DNA of 64,000 nt from Patescibacteria group bacterium (GCA_041667185.1 JBAYFM010000008.1:1714-65713); one strand, 5' to 3'. Shown: positions 18,862 to 29,284, counted from the stretch's first letter. Made by a program: numbers and translations. The notes: generated from the sequence alone by a model not told the origin.

Positions 18862-19938
18862 TTGATTGTGCCGATGCTCGCTGCGCGCAATGAGGGATCC
18901 TGGGACGCTTTCGTTCAGGCGAACGGCGGATGTTTTCTGCAATCCTGGGGCTGGTCCAGGTTCCAGGAAGCCGCCGGCCGGACCGCTTTCCGCTATCAGA
19001 TCGCCGAGCCTTCGGCGACCGGTTCTCCCGACGATGGCGAAACCTCGGTCCAGTTCTTGGTGCTCCGCCACGCGCTGCCGCTGGGCGCGGCTTATGCTTA
19101 TGTTCCGCGCGGCCCAGTGCTAGCGCGTGAAGGCGTTTTCGATCTCGGTCGTTTCGGTTCGTTCGTCGGCGCCTTGCGCGAAGCGGCTCAGCGCGAAGGT
19201 TGCATCTTCGCCCGCGTCGAGCTGCCGTATCCGCAGACCGGCGGTCCGGTCAGTATTCCCGAACTGGAGAGTCTGGGTTTCCGTTACGCCAAGTCGCTCC
19301 AGCCAGCGGATACTTCTATCGTCGATCTTGATCTGAGCGAGGAGGAATTGCTCGCGGCCATGCATCCGAAGACGCGTTATAATATCCGTCTCGCCGCGAA
19401 ACACGGGGTCGAGGTGCGCGAGGCTGTTCATGAGAACGCTCATGTCTTTCGCCAGGAGGTCGGAACATTCTGGCGTCTGCTCGCCGAAACTTCGGAGCGC
19501 GACAAGTTCCACACCCACTCGCAGGCTTATTACGAGACCATGCTCGACGTCCTGTCGCCGAAAAAAGACGGCGGCCTCAAGGTGCGGCTGGTCTTCGCAT
19601 TATATAAAGGAGAGCCGGCCGCCGCGGCGATCGTCGCTGAATACGGCGATACCGTGACTTATCTGCACGGCGCCTCTTCCAGCCGGCTGCGCCAGTACAT
19701 GGCGCCGTACCTGCTGCACTGGAAGCTGATCCAGGAAGCCAAGGCCCGCGGATTCGCCAAATACGACTTTTGGGGCGTGGCGCCGACGGACGATCCGGAG
19801 CATCCCTGGGCCGGCATCACCCGGTTCAAGCGCGGCTTCGGCGGCCGTCGTGAGTCGTATCTGGGAGCCTGGGAGTTGCCGATAAGCGGACTTTGGTATA
19901 ATCTCTATCGGTTCGCGAAGAGATTCAAGAACGTTTGA
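18862..19938 (+). CDS. FemAB/FemX-family peptidoglycan bridge aminoacyltransferase
   Basis: FLQSWGW, YVPRGP, KTRYNIRLA, YLHGAS, YDFWG, FKRGFGG; start uncertain. Confidence 0.9.
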   Translation: MIVPMLAARNEGSWDAFVQANGGCFLQSWGWSRFQEAAGRTAFRYQIAEPSATGSPDDGETSVQFLVLRHALPLGAAYAYVPRGPVLAREGVFDLGRFGSFVGALREAAQREGCIFARVELPYPQTGGPVSIPELESLGFRYAKSLQPADTSIVDLDLSEEELLAAMHPKTRYNIRLAAKHGVEVREAVHENAHVFRQEVGTFWRLLAETSERDKFHTHSQAYYETMLDVLSPKKDGGLKVRLVFALYKGEPAAAAIVAEYGDTVTYLHGASSSRLRQYMAPYLLHWKLIQEAKARGFAKYDFWGVAPTDDPEHPWAGITRFKRGFGGRRESYLGAWELPISGLWYNLYRFAKRFKNV

Positions 19939-19975
19939 CAAATAAGTGGCGGGGCATCCGTCATTTCAGATCCGT

Positions 19976-20219
19976 GCGCCCGTAGTACAACGGATAAGCC
20001 CGCTTGATATAATAAGGAAAAGATATGCGGGCTTGCGGCCAGAGGTGGCGGCCTTAGCCGCGTGTCTATAATGTCCGATTGCTGCGCAACCGGACTGAGC
20101 CTAAGCCCGCTTGATATAATAAGGAAAAGATATGCGGGCTTGCGGCCAGAGGTGGCGGCCTTAGCCGCGTGTCTATAATGTCCGATTGCTGCGCAACCGG
20201 ACTGAGCCGTAGAATGCGA
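19976..20219 (+). pseudogene. tRNA-Arg 5' fragment with two tandem 107-bp-period elements inserted at the D-loop TA
   Basis: GCGCCCGTAGTACAACGGA-TA-[19997-20101]-TA-[20104-20209]-TAGAATGCGA. Confidence 0.88.
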
Positions 20220-20262
20220 TCTTTAAAACCCCATCAGTAGACGGAAGTCGTCGATTTTTTGT

Positions 20263-20337
20263 GCGCCCGTAGTTCAACGGATAGAATGCGAGCCTCCGAA
20301 GCTTGAGATCTAAGTTCGATTCTTAGCGGGCGCACCA
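20263..20337 (+). tRNA. tRNA-Arg(CCG)
   Basis: Cloverleaf GCGCCCG/CGGGCGC, anticodon loop CT-CCG-AA, CCA end. Confidence 0.95.
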
Positions 20338-20344
20338 CTAAAGG

Positions 20345-20368
20345 ACAGCATCACGAATGCTGTTTTTT
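20345..20368 (+). terminator. Intrinsic terminator after tRNA-Arg
   Basis: acagcat cacga atgctgt followed by a T-run. Confidence 0.65.
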
Positions 20369-20424
20369 AGTTTCCCGCCTTTGGCGGGACCCCGCCTTCC
20401 TCGAAGTAAATATAAGTGGCGGGG

Positions 20425-20733
20425 CAACGGATAAGCCCGCCCCGCACTTCGTGCGGGGACCAGGGCGGGCTTGCGGCCAGAGGTGGCGGCCTCCGCCGCG
20501 TGTTCTTTGTGTCCGGTCGCTGCGCAACCGGACTGGGCCTAAGCCCGCTTGATATAATAAGGAAAAGATATGCGGGCTTGCGGCCAAAAGTAGCGGCCTT
20601 AGCCGCGTGTCCATAATATCCGGTCGTTTAGCGACCGGACTGGGCCATAGAATGCGAGCCTCCGAAGCTTGAGATCCAAGTTCGATTCTTTGCCACCCGC
20701 AGCTTTGGCGGAGGGTGGTTAGCGGGCGCACCA
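20425..20733 (+). pseudogene. 5'-truncated tRNA-Arg copy with two D-loop elements and a palindrome inserted in the T-arm 3' strand
   Basis: CAACGGA-TA-[20434-20539]-TA-[20542-20647]-TAGAATGCGAGCCTCCGAAGC...GTTCGATTCTT[~20691-20719]TAGCGGGCGCACCA. Confidence 0.88.
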
Positions 20734-20861
20734 CCCCACGTCGCTCAAACTGCGGTTTGAGCTATGTGGGGTTGTAAGTATTGTTCTGACAGTCACGGAG
20801 ACTATAAAAGAAAAAACAGCGGCCACAAGGCTGCTGTTTTAGTTTGATTTGATCTCGTCGG

Positions 20862-21506
20862 TTACTTGATGAGTTTCAGGTTATTGTTCTTAGTGAGTTC
20901 TGATCTGATCAGATCACAGCCAGCAATATTTTGGGAGCGACGATCGTGCGCAGGACAATCTTCCATGTACATCAGCCAGTTCTCGGTCACTTCGTAGGGA
21001 TAACGTCCACCGGAGACGCAGACGTTGAAGTCTTTCTTGAAAGCCGTCAGGTTTCGGTATTGCGGCCGGTTCGGAATGACCACAATCGGCAAGAGACCGT
21101 TATCGCTGACGTCGCCGAGATAACGAAAAGCATAGACTTGGCCGTCTTCCTGGGCGAAGGTTTGGATCAATTTCCGGAAGTATTCTTCGGTCTGGGCCTT
21201 GCGGCACAGGCGGGAATTTTCGACCAAGTTTGCTATTGGGAATAGGGTTCGTATCGGCACGCGGTAGACGTCGACGGCTATAAGCGGATCGGTGATGGAA
21301 TACTCGATCAGTTTCGGCGGCCCCGAGATATTTTTTTTGATCGATTTTACGGTCGATGATCCTGAGGAGATGGCTAAGATATAGATCCACCAGCTGAAGA
21401 TCGCCGCCGCGGTTAGCCAGAACAGCCAGCTTGTCGACCTGGCGAACAAGATCGGAAAGGGATAGTTTTTGGATTTTTTCAGTCGTCCGAGCGAACTTGT
21501 GGGCAT
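20862..21506 (-). CDS. Hypothetical membrane-anchored protein
   Basis: N-terminal hydrophobic segment; Cys-containing extracellular part. Confidence 0.6.
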   Translation of the reverse strand: MPTSSLGRLKKSKNYPFPILFARSTSWLFWLTAAAIFSWWIYILAISSGSSTVKSIKKNISGPPKLIEYSITDPLIAVDVYRVPIRTLFPIANLVENSRLCRKAQTEEYFRKLIQTFAQEDGQVYAFRYLGDVSDNGLLPIVVIPNRPQYRNLTAFKKDFNVCVSGGRYPYEVTENWLMYMEDCPAHDRRSQNIAGCDLIRSELTKNNNLKLIK

Positions 21507-21515
21507 ACCTTGCTC

Positions 21516-23459
21516 TTACTGGACTTTGCTCTTTCCTGCGGCCAACGGGTCTTGATCGAGCATCGTAGTGAGGGGCATCTGGGAAAGGATGATCGGTTGG
21601 CCCGTGGTCTTGTCCCGGGCCTCGAGGATGAGCGCGTCGATCAGGGTCGGAGTCCGTCCGGTCTGATCTTCGGTGGGCGTCAGCGCCACATCGAAAGACA
21701 GCCGCAGATTCTTGATGGTGGTCGGCAGCCAGTTGAGGGTCCAGATGATCTTCTCGGCGGCGGCGTCGAATTTCAGGTCGCCGGCGTCGATGTTCGAGCT
21801 GCCGGTCCAAACGACGTTCGCTGGCAGTCTGGCTGACAGCTTCAGGTCCACGAGATCGTGAAGGGTGTTGGCGATGGTCCAGTTGATCCGGTAGGTCGTC
21901 GCCTGGCCGACGGTCGGCGGCAGCGGACCCGTACCGATCGGCAGCCCGTCGGTGTTGAAGTAGCGTGCTTCGGCGGCCAATTTGACGTCGCTATTCAGCG
22001 TGGCGGCGAGAGGCGGAGTCTGGATCGTGCGGTCGGCTTCTTCCCCGTCAATGGTCTTGATATCGGCTTCGACCCGGGCCGTGACGCGATAATCCTTGTC
22101 CGGAGCAGTCTCAAGCGGGGCGGCGAGAAGCGGCAGGTCGAAGTTGATAGTGCCTTCGTCCTCGGGCGCGATCTTGCCCAGAGCGGTGATCTGTTTTTTG
22201 GTCCAGGTGATGCGATTCTTGTCCCGCAGGCCTTGCTGCTTGTCGCGCAGGTTGTTCCAGAGAACGACAGCCGGCAGGTCGGGAACGGTCTCCAGGATCG
22301 CAGTCAGGGTCACATCTTCCAGGATCACCCGGCCGGTGTTCTTGTAGGTGATGGAATAATGGAGTTGATCGCCGAAAGCCGCCGCCTGGTCGCCGGTCTT
22401 GCCGTTCAGGATCAGGGCCACCATCAGTTGTCCCTCGAGCACCTGAGTCGTGAAAGCGGCTTTTTTCTGCGGCTGGAAAGCGTCATTTGCGTCCAGATAG
22501 CCGATCTCGGCCGGGATCTCGATATCGCCTTTCGCTTCCGCGGCGAACGAGCCGGTTATCTTGACGTGTTGTTCGACAAGCGGCGCCAGCGTCTCGATCG
22601 GCCACTCGGTCAGCTTCTCGTCGAGCGCCGCCGGTTCGGCGGTCTCGGGGATGAAATTTTGCGGATAGCTGACTCGCAGCCGGAGTTTGTTCAGGTCCGC
22701 GTCCGCGGTGTTGACGAAGCCGAAATCGATGACGATCTTGTCGCCGGGCATGATCTTGGCCGGACCCGTGGCGCCGAGTTCGATCATCGAGTCGGTGACG
22801 ATCAGTGCGCGCGTGGCGACCTTCTGGAACTCGGAGTTGAAGTCGGCCGGCCGGTAGGTGAGGATCGCCTGGAGATCGAGCTGTTTCGCGAGCGGCGCGG
22901 TGATCACGCCTTCGACCGTTATCGAGCCGCCTTTGCCGGGGGCGATGGAACCGATCTTCCAGGTCGGTTCGGTCGAGGCCGGATCGAATCTGGTGGCGCT
23001 GAATTCTTTGGGCAGGCGCAGTTCGAGCGAGGCGGTGCCGAGAGCGATGTGCTCCTGGTTGCGGTAAGCGATGCGGAAAGAGATCGGCTGACCGCTCTTG
23101 ATTTCGCCCGGACCCTCGATCTCGACCGTCACGCCTTCGCCGCTGAATTTCTTGTCGCCAGGCGAGAAAAAGAAGAAGCCGGCCCAGGAGACCGCGGCCA
23201 GGAAAGCGAAAAAGATGACCAGGCCGAGCAGCAGTTTTTTAGCCATCGAAGGGTTGGCTTGTTCGAGTTTTGTCATGTCCCGCTGCTCTTGGTCGGTGGA
23301 GTCGTAGATCGAGTGCAATTCTTTCTCGAGTTCCGCCGGTGAGACCTGCGGCTGGTCTTTGCTCGGAACGGCGGCCGGCGTCTGGGCCGGCTCGGGCGGA
23401 AGTTTTTTCGGGGGTTGTCCGCCGGCGGATGAGGGCAAGGTTTTTTTGTGGAAAGGCAT
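21516..23459 (-). CDS. Membrane-anchored protein with repeated Ig-like (DUF11-like) domains
   Basis: Single TM; repeated 'G..I.Y.I.Y.N' beta-sandwich units; GTGPLPPTVGQATTY. Confidence 0.75.
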   Translation of the reverse strand: MPFHKKTLPSSAGGQPPKKLPPEPAQTPAAVPSKDQPQVSPAELEKELHSIYDSTDQEQRDMTKLEQANPSMAKKLLLGLVIFFAFLAAVSWAGFFFFSPGDKKFSGEGVTVEIEGPGEIKSGQPISFRIAYRNQEHIALGTASLELRLPKEFSATRFDPASTEPTWKIGSIAPGKGGSITVEGVITAPLAKQLDLQAILTYRPADFNSEFQKVATRALIVTDSMIELGATGPAKIMPGDKIVIDFGFVNTADADLNKLRLRVSYPQNFIPETAEPAALDEKLTEWPIETLAPLVEQHVKITGSFAAEAKGDIEIPAEIGYLDANDAFQPQKKAAFTTQVLEGQLMVALILNGKTGDQAAAFGDQLHYSITYKNTGRVILEDVTLTAILETVPDLPAVVLWNNLRDKQQGLRDKNRITWTKKQITALGKIAPEDEGTINFDLPLLAAPLETAPDKDYRVTARVEADIKTIDGEEADRTIQTPPLAATLNSDVKLAAEARYFNTDGLPIGTGPLPPTVGQATTYRINWTIANTLHDLVDLKLSARLPANVVWTGSSNIDAGDLKFDAAAEKIIWTLNWLPTTIKNLRLSFDVALTPTEDQTGRTPTLIDALILEARDKTTGQPIILSQMPLTTMLDQDPLAAGKSKVQ

Positions 23460-23465
23460 AAAGGT

Positions 23466-26048
23466 TCAGTTGGACCGCGCTTCGGCTCCGAAGCTCAGGT
23501 CGCGATCAAGCGTGGCGGCGGCGTTCCAGCGCCCGCGGTCGTCTTCCCGGCGTTCCGGAACCTGCCAGGACAGATGGTAGCCGCGGGGCAGATCGATGCT
23601 GGTCGCGATCTCGGCCGGGTTGGCGCCGGGTTGTTTCTGGATCAGGAGCGAGTAGCGCAGCGACTGTCCGGGACGTTCGCCGGTCAGGAGATTGTAGAGG
23701 CCCGCGAGTCTGCCGGAGTTGACCTTGGCGGCGGTGATCGTTCCCGGCGGTAGTTTGTAGACCAGAGTGACGACACTGGTCTCGCCGGGATCGGTCATCA
23801 CCCAGTTGCCGAAGACAGTCTTGCCGGACTCGGTCATGATCTTGGTGCCGGTTTCCCGGTCGAGTTCGGCGTTCTTCTCGGTTTCAGCCACGGCCGGATC
23901 GGTCTTGCGGTCGGCTTCGGCAATCTTGAAAAGTTTCGGGTCCGGGGCGCTGAAACCGCCGGCTTCGACCAGCGTGCTGCCGAGCGGCGCGTAAACGCGC
24001 AGGTAGTCGACGTTCCGGACGCCGCTGAACAGCGCGCCCTTTTCTCCGTTATGCGTCCGTCTGATCGTGAGCGTCACGAGACCGGTGCCATCGTCGAGAA
24101 TCTTGACCGCGTGGTCGACAGTTTCCCGCATCACGAGATCGGTCTTCTGGCCGGCGATATTGGTGTGGACGATCTGCAGGTAATCGCCGCCGACGCTGCG
24201 GATCTCGCCGCCCCAACCGAGCGCCAAAGCGCGGGATTCGAGATCCTCGTCGCGGAACCAGAACAACGCCTGTTTTTCGGCCAGCGAGGAATAGAGCGTT
24301 TCGGTCAGTTTGAGCAGCATCGCCTGGTCGGCGCCGGCCAGCCGCTCCAGAATCTTCGGAGCCAGGTCGGCGATGAATTTCTTCGGCTGGTTGAGGTCCT
24401 TGTCGAAATCGAGTTCGACTTCTTTCTGGGTCTCGAAATAGAAATTATCGCTGTCGATGGTCTTGCCGTATTCGGCCATCTCCACCGGTCCGATGATCTT
24501 GAGCAGGTCCTCCATGAACGACATGGTGACCGCGATGACCCCGTCGGTGGTCGGGCCGCCGCTTTTCTCGTAGAACCAGGAGATCTTGCGGGCCGAGGAC
24601 GGGAAGTCGGCGTACCAGTTGGCGTCCTGGAACTCCCAGTTCGGGTTGATGAGGTGCAACGGCTGCGGCGAAGAGATCCTGGAGCGCAGGCTGCCCTGGA
24701 GATCATAGGAACCGCCGCCCGGAATCTCGACTTTCTTGATGTTGCCGCGGTTCATGTCCACGAGCGCGAAGCTGCCGATGAAGCCGCCGGTCGGCCGGAG
24801 TTCGGCGTTGTTCTGGAAGACGATGAGATAGCGTTTGGTGCCGTTCGGTCCGAGCACATCATGCAGCAGGCTGGCGGCCAGTTCGGCTTTGGCCAGCAGG
24901 GAGTTGAGTTTGGGGAGCTGGGCCTGGGCCGCGGCGAGCTGGCCGGCGTATTCTGGCGGCAGGTTCGCGGGCGAGATCTTGGTGAGCGATCTTTCCGCGG
25001 CCTGAAGATGCGGCAAAGCTTCGCCGAGCCGGCCGCGCAGTTCCGCGATCTTGGCCGTCGGTTCTTTTTGGGTGTCGAAAGCGGCGAAAGCGGCAGCGAG
25101 AGCGGCACCGCCGGCAGCGATCTCTTTTCCGGCGTTCAGGAGCGGCGCGGCAGCGGAGATCCGCGACCGGGCCGGGACGACTGCGGCGGCCGACATCATC
25201 AGATTGCCGAGAGTGCCGGTATTTTCTTTGGCGGAAGCGAAACTGCGCTCGGCTTCGGTGAACGCGGCGGCGGCCTCGTCGAATTTGCGGCTCGTCGCGG
25301 CCTGGCCGGCGCCTTGGAGCAGGGAAACTCCTTTGAGGCCGTCAGTCATGGCCAGTTGTTTGGTTTCGCGCAGCTGGGCGTAAGCGCTCCAGGCTCCGAA
25401 AGGCATGATGAGCAGCAGACAGATGCCGGCGAAACCGAGCAGACGCCGCGGCCAGCCCGATTCGCGCTGCAGCGAGAGTTGGAGATTCTGGGGTTGGAGT
25501 GATCGGGTCTGGATCTGGACCGCGGCGAGCGGCAGCAACGGGTTCAGCATCCGAGTTTCGCGGGGCGCTGGCGTCGGCGCGAACAGGCGTGTCGCGGCCG
25601 TCCAGGGCAGGGTCGCGATCTTCCAGACGAGGACCGCGAGCAGATGGACGACGGTCAGAATGGTCAGGTCGGCGAGCGGATGTTGGCTGAAGAAATTTTT
25701 CACGGTCAGCCAGACGGCGTGGCTGACGCTCGTGGCTTCGGGCGGCGGGAAGTCTTTCCAGCCGCGGGCCCGCGGCGCCAGGGACAGAGCGCGGACATCC
25801 TGCAGGTCTGAACCGGAACCGAATTTCGTCGCGATCCGCGACTCTGACGACTTGCTGCTCTCAACTGGTCGAGAGGCATTATTTGGCCTAAAATAGTCAT
25901 TTTTAAGGTCCAGCAGATGCGGTGAAACATGCTGGCGCGGCGCTGCGGTTTTGGTTGCGACAACCAGCCTGCTCGGGTGGATTTCCGGAGCGGTTTCGCG
26001 GCCAGTGAGAGATTGTGGGGCGCGGTCGGGCATCATCGTGGCAGTCAC
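23466..26048 (-). CDS. DUF4012 domain protein
   Basis: RYLIVFQNNAELRPTGGFIGS, DANWYADFPSSA, DGVIA, YLRVYAP; start uncertain. Confidence 0.88.
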   Translation of the reverse strand: MTATMMPDRAPQSLTGRETAPEIHPSRLVVATKTAAPRQHVSPHLLDLKNDYFRPNNASRPVESSKSSESRIATKFGSGSDLQDVRALSLAPRARGWKDFPPPEATSVSHAVWLTVKNFFSQHPLADLTILTVVHLLAVLVWKIATLPWTAATRLFAPTPAPRETRMLNPLLPLAAVQIQTRSLQPQNLQLSLQRESGWPRRLLGFAGICLLLIMPFGAWSAYAQLRETKQLAMTDGLKGVSLLQGAGQAATSRKFDEAAAAFTEAERSFASAKENTGTLGNLMMSAAAVVPARSRISAAAPLLNAGKEIAAGGAALAAAFAAFDTQKEPTAKIAELRGRLGEALPHLQAAERSLTKISPANLPPEYAGQLAAAQAQLPKLNSLLAKAELAASLLHDVLGPNGTKRYLIVFQNNAELRPTGGFIGSFALVDMNRGNIKKVEIPGGGSYDLQGSLRSRISSPQPLHLINPNWEFQDANWYADFPSSARKISWFYEKSGGPTTDGVIAVTMSFMEDLLKIIGPVEMAEYGKTIDSDNFYFETQKEVELDFDKDLNQPKKFIADLAPKILERLAGADQAMLLKLTETLYSSLAEKQALFWFRDEDLESRALALGWGGEIRSVGGDYLQIVHTNIAGQKTDLVMRETVDHAVKILDDGTGLVTLTIRRTHNGEKGALFSGVRNVDYLRVYAPLGSTLVEAGGFSAPDPKLFKIAEADRKTDPAVAETEKNAELDRETGTKIMTESGKTVFGNWVMTDPGETSVVTLVYKLPPGTITAAKVNSGRLAGLYNLLTGERPGQSLRYSLLIQKQPGANPAEIATSIDLPRGYHLSWQVPERREDDRGRWNAAATLDRDLSFGAEARSN

Positions 26049-27190
26049 TGTTTCTTTGCCAGAGCCTGCTGGTAATGGCGCAGCGTGGCGGCGGCGCAGG
26101 AATTCCAGTCGTACTTTTTGGTCTGAGTCCGGCCTTTGGCCGCGAGTTCGGTCCGGAGTCCGGGATCGTCGGCCAGACTGATCAGTTTCTGAGCCATATC
26201 CGTTTCGGATTCAGGGTCGAAGTATAACGCAGCGTCGCCCAGGATCTCGGGCAGGCAGGTCGCCTTCGATGAGGCCACAGCCAGGCCGCGGCACATCGCT
26301 TCGAGCGGTGGCAGTCCGAAGCCTTCGCAGAGCGACGGAAAGACGTAGAACTCGGCGGTGTCGTACAGGTCGGCCAGCTCGGCGTCCGAGGCCTTGCCGA
26401 AGAAGACGATGTTCTCCGCGATCTTCTGTTTGCGCGCCTCCAGCTGCAGGCGGTCGTAAAAATAATCTTGCGCTCCGACCAGGATCAGATGATGTGATCC
26501 GTGGCCGCGGCGGCGGAAGTCGGCGAACGCGCGCAGTAGACGTTCCAGGTTCTTGTGCGGATAGGCGTTGCCGACGTAGAGCAGGAACGGTCGCGTCAGC
26601 CCTGGCGGCGGTGCGGCGGGACGGGCCTCGGTCCTCACCGCGGCGCTGAAGGCACTGCCGCAGGCTTCGTAAGTGACGGCGATGGTCTTGTATTTGGCGA
26701 AAGGGAAGACCTGTTCGATCTGATCCTGGGTATAGCGCGAGACGGTGATGATGGTCACAGCGCGGGCGATAGCGCTCCGGATGATCAGCCGATAAAAGAA
26801 ATATTTTGCGCGGAAAAGCAGGGGGCCGAGCGTCGTGGCCCGGGGCGTCGGGTGGCTGAGCAATATCAGATCATGGATCGTGACCACGAACGGCCGGCGA
26901 TAGAGCCACGGGACGTTGAAGTGGGTGAAATGCATCAGGTCCAGCCGAAAACGCCGCAGCCAGAACGGATAGATCAGCTGCTCGGCCAGTCCGTACCAAG
27001 CGAATTCCGCCAGGACCTTGTGGAAGTTCGGATTGCGCGGCGTGTATTCGCCCCAGTTGGTCTCGCGCAGGAACACGAAATACTCGTTCTCGCGGTCGAC
27101 GAGTTCGAGCTGTCGGATGAGCTCGCTCACGTACCGACCGAGACCCTTGCCCACGGTCCCGTAAAAGCGTGCGTCGATGCCGATGCGCAT
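26045..27190 (-). CDS. Glycosyltransferase family 4
   Basis: MRIGIDAR, TIHDL, YVGNAYPHKN, FPSLCEGFGLPPLEAM. Confidence 0.93.
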   Translation of the reverse strand: MRIGIDARFYGTVGKGLGRYVSELIRQLELVDRENEYFVFLRETNWGEYTPRNPNFHKVLAEFAWYGLAEQLIYPFWLRRFRLDLMHFTHFNVPWLYRRPFVVTIHDLILLSHPTPRATTLGPLLFRAKYFFYRLIIRSAIARAVTIITVSRYTQDQIEQVFPFAKYKTIAVTYEACGSAFSAAVRTEARPAAPPPGLTRPFLLYVGNAYPHKNLERLLRAFADFRRRGHGSHHLILVGAQDYFYDRLQLEARKQKIAENIVFFGKASDAELADLYDTAEFYVFPSLCEGFGLPPLEAMCRGLAVASSKATCLPEILGDAALYFDPESETDMAQKLISLADDPGLRTELAAKGRTQTKKYDWNSCAAATLRHYQQALAKKQ

Positions 27191-27445
27191 GGCAGTACAG
27201 CGCGGCCTGATCGCCGAAAACAGGCCGGTTCAGTAGATATATTAATGTAAAGCCATTATAGCAGGGGTATTTAGCCTTGACCACCGGGGCTGTCCCCAGG
27301 TTGCCAGTGGTCATTCAGCAAAGGCTTTCTTGCTTAAATTTAGCTTAATTTAGCCAAAATAAGCTCGAAGTTTACCTTCCGCCCCGGCTGTGTTCTAATG
27401 AAAGCGAAGTTTCCTCGGTAAATTGTCACTGTTCAATCCTCCTTT

Positions 27446-29284
27446 ATGTGCGGCATCGTCGGTTATATCGGCCAGCGCCGGGCGGAAAATGTCTTGCTTG
27501 ATGGTCTGAAACGTTTGGAATATCGCGGTTATGATTCGGCCGGAGCCGCGACCATCCACGATGGCGACTTATGTGCCGTGAAAACCGCCGGTAAGGTCGC
27601 TTTGCTTGAGGATAAATTGTCTCGCGAGCCGCTCGAGGGTTCGGTCGGCATCGCGCATACGCGTTGGGCGACCCATGGCCAGCCGACGGACGCCAACGCG
27701 CATCCGCACCTCGATTGCCAGGGCCGCATCGCCGTGGCCCACAACGGCATCATCGAAAATTATGCGGAATTGAAGAAGGAACTGGAGTCGCGCGGGCATC
27801 AGTTCCGGTCCGAGACCGACACCGAGGTGCTGGCGCATCTGATCGAGGATTATGCCGCCAAGCTGCCGTTCGGCGAAGCGGTCGCGGCGGCTTTGAAGCA
27901 CGTGGTCGGCACGTTCGGGTTGGCGGTGATCTCGGCTTCGGAGCCGCGCCGGGTCTACGGCGCGCGCCGCGGGAGTCCGCTGGTCATCGGCATCGGCCGC
28001 AACAGCGAGGAATTTTTTCTGGCCTCGGATCCGGCCGCGGTCCTGGCCTACACCCGCGACGTCATTTATCTGGATGACGACGAGGTCGTGGAACTCGCCG
28101 ACGGCGGCGTGGAGACGTTCTCGCTCGACCAGGTCCGTAAACAGAAGAAGGTCGAATCCATCGAGTGGAGCATCGACGAGATCGAGCGCGGTCGTTTTCC
28201 GCATTTCATGATGAAAGAGATCTTCGAGCAGCCGGCGGTCGTGACGAACGCTTTGCGCGGCCGGCTCGATGCGAGGAACGGGCTTGCGATACTCGGCGGC
28301 CTCAAGGATGTCGAGGAGCGGCTGCGCGACGCGGAGCGGCTGACGATTACGGCTTGCGGCTCGGCGTATCTCGCCGGCGCGGTCGGCGCTTACATGATCG
28401 AGGAGATTGCGGAGCTGCCGGCGCGCGCCGAACTTGCGTCCGAGCTGCGTTATCGCAAACCGATCTTCGACCGTTCGAAGGAGGCGGTCATCGCGGTCTC
28501 TCAGAGCGGCGAGACCGCCGATACTTTGGGTGCGCTGCGCGAGGCGAAGAACAAGGGCGTGCTCACGCTCGGTGTCGTGAACGCCGTCGGTTCGACCATC
28601 GCGCGCGAGACCGACGCCGGGATTTTCGTTCACGCCGGACCGGAGATCGCTGTCGCTTCGACCAAGGCTTTTGTGGCTCAGTTGACGGTATTTGCCGTTC
28701 TGGCGTTGTATCTTGGTCGCCAGCGCCGGATGTCGCAAGCGGCTGGCGAGAGGATCGTGGAAGAACTTTTGGCGCTGCCGGCGAAGATCGAGCGGATCCT
28801 CGCGCAGAACGAACATATCAAATTGCTCGCCAAGAAATACGCGCGCTACCCGAGTCTGCTTTACATGGGCCGCAAGTATAATGCGCCGCTCGCCAGCGAA
28901 GGCGCTTTGAAACTGAAAGAGATCGCTTACATCCACGCCGAGGGTTACGCGGCCGGCGAGATGAAGCATGGTCCGATTGCGCTCTTGGACCTGGAGTTCC
29001 CGACTTTCGCCATCGCCACGAAAGACAGCGTCTACGAAAAGATGCGTTCGAATATCGAGGAAGCCCGCGCGCGCCGCGCGCCGGTCGTGGCGATCGCTTC
29101 CGAAGGCGACGAGGGGCTCATGCATCTCACTGACGACATCATTTACGTGCCACGGACCATAGAAATGCTTTCGCCGATCCTGAATGTCATTCCGCTGCAA
29201 CTGTTCGCCTACCACGCGGCCATCGCCCGCGGCCTCGATCCGGACAAGCCACGGAACTTGGCGAAGTCTGTTACCGTTGAATGA
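27446..29284 (+). CDS. glmS: Glutamine--fructose-6-phosphate transaminase
   Basis: MCGIVG, LEYRGYDSAG, HTRWATHG, SQSGETADT, PRNLAKSVTVE. Confidence 0.97.
   Translation: MCGIVGYIGQRRAENVLLDGLKRLEYRGYDSAGAATIHDGDLCAVKTAGKVALLEDKLSREPLEGSVGIAHTRWATHGQPTDANAHPHLDCQGRIAVAHNGIIENYAELKKELESRGHQFRSETDTEVLAHLIEDYAAKLPFGEAVAAALKHVVGTFGLAVISASEPRRVYGARRGSPLVIGIGRNSEEFFLASDPAAVLAYTRDVIYLDDDEVVELADGGVETFSLDQVRKQKKVESIEWSIDEIERGRFPHFMMKEIFEQPAVVTNALRGRLDARNGLAILGGLKDVEERLRDAERLTITACGSAYLAGAVGAYMIEEIAELPARAELASELRYRKPIFDRSKEAVIAVSQSGETADTLGALREAKNKGVLTLGVVNAVGSTIARETDAGIFVHAGPEIAVASTKAFVAQLTVFAVLALYLGRQRRMSQAAGERIVEELLALPAKIERILAQNEHIKLLAKKYARYPSLLYMGRKYNAPLASEGALKLKEIAYIHAEGYAAGEMKHGPIALLDLEFPTFAIATKDSVYEKMRSNIEEARARRAPVVAIASEGDEGLMHLTDDIIYVPRTIEMLSPILNVIPLQLFAYHAAIARGLDPDKPRNLAKSVTVE

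Noticed and set aside
19995-20650. CRISPR array
   Set aside because: Units are ~107 bp with no unique spacers between short repeats, and there are no cas genes; the repeats are elements embedded in tRNA fragments.
27190-27445. glmS ribozyme upstream of glmS
   Set aside because: Conserved ribozyme core not recognisable; the region looks like AT-rich divergent promoters.
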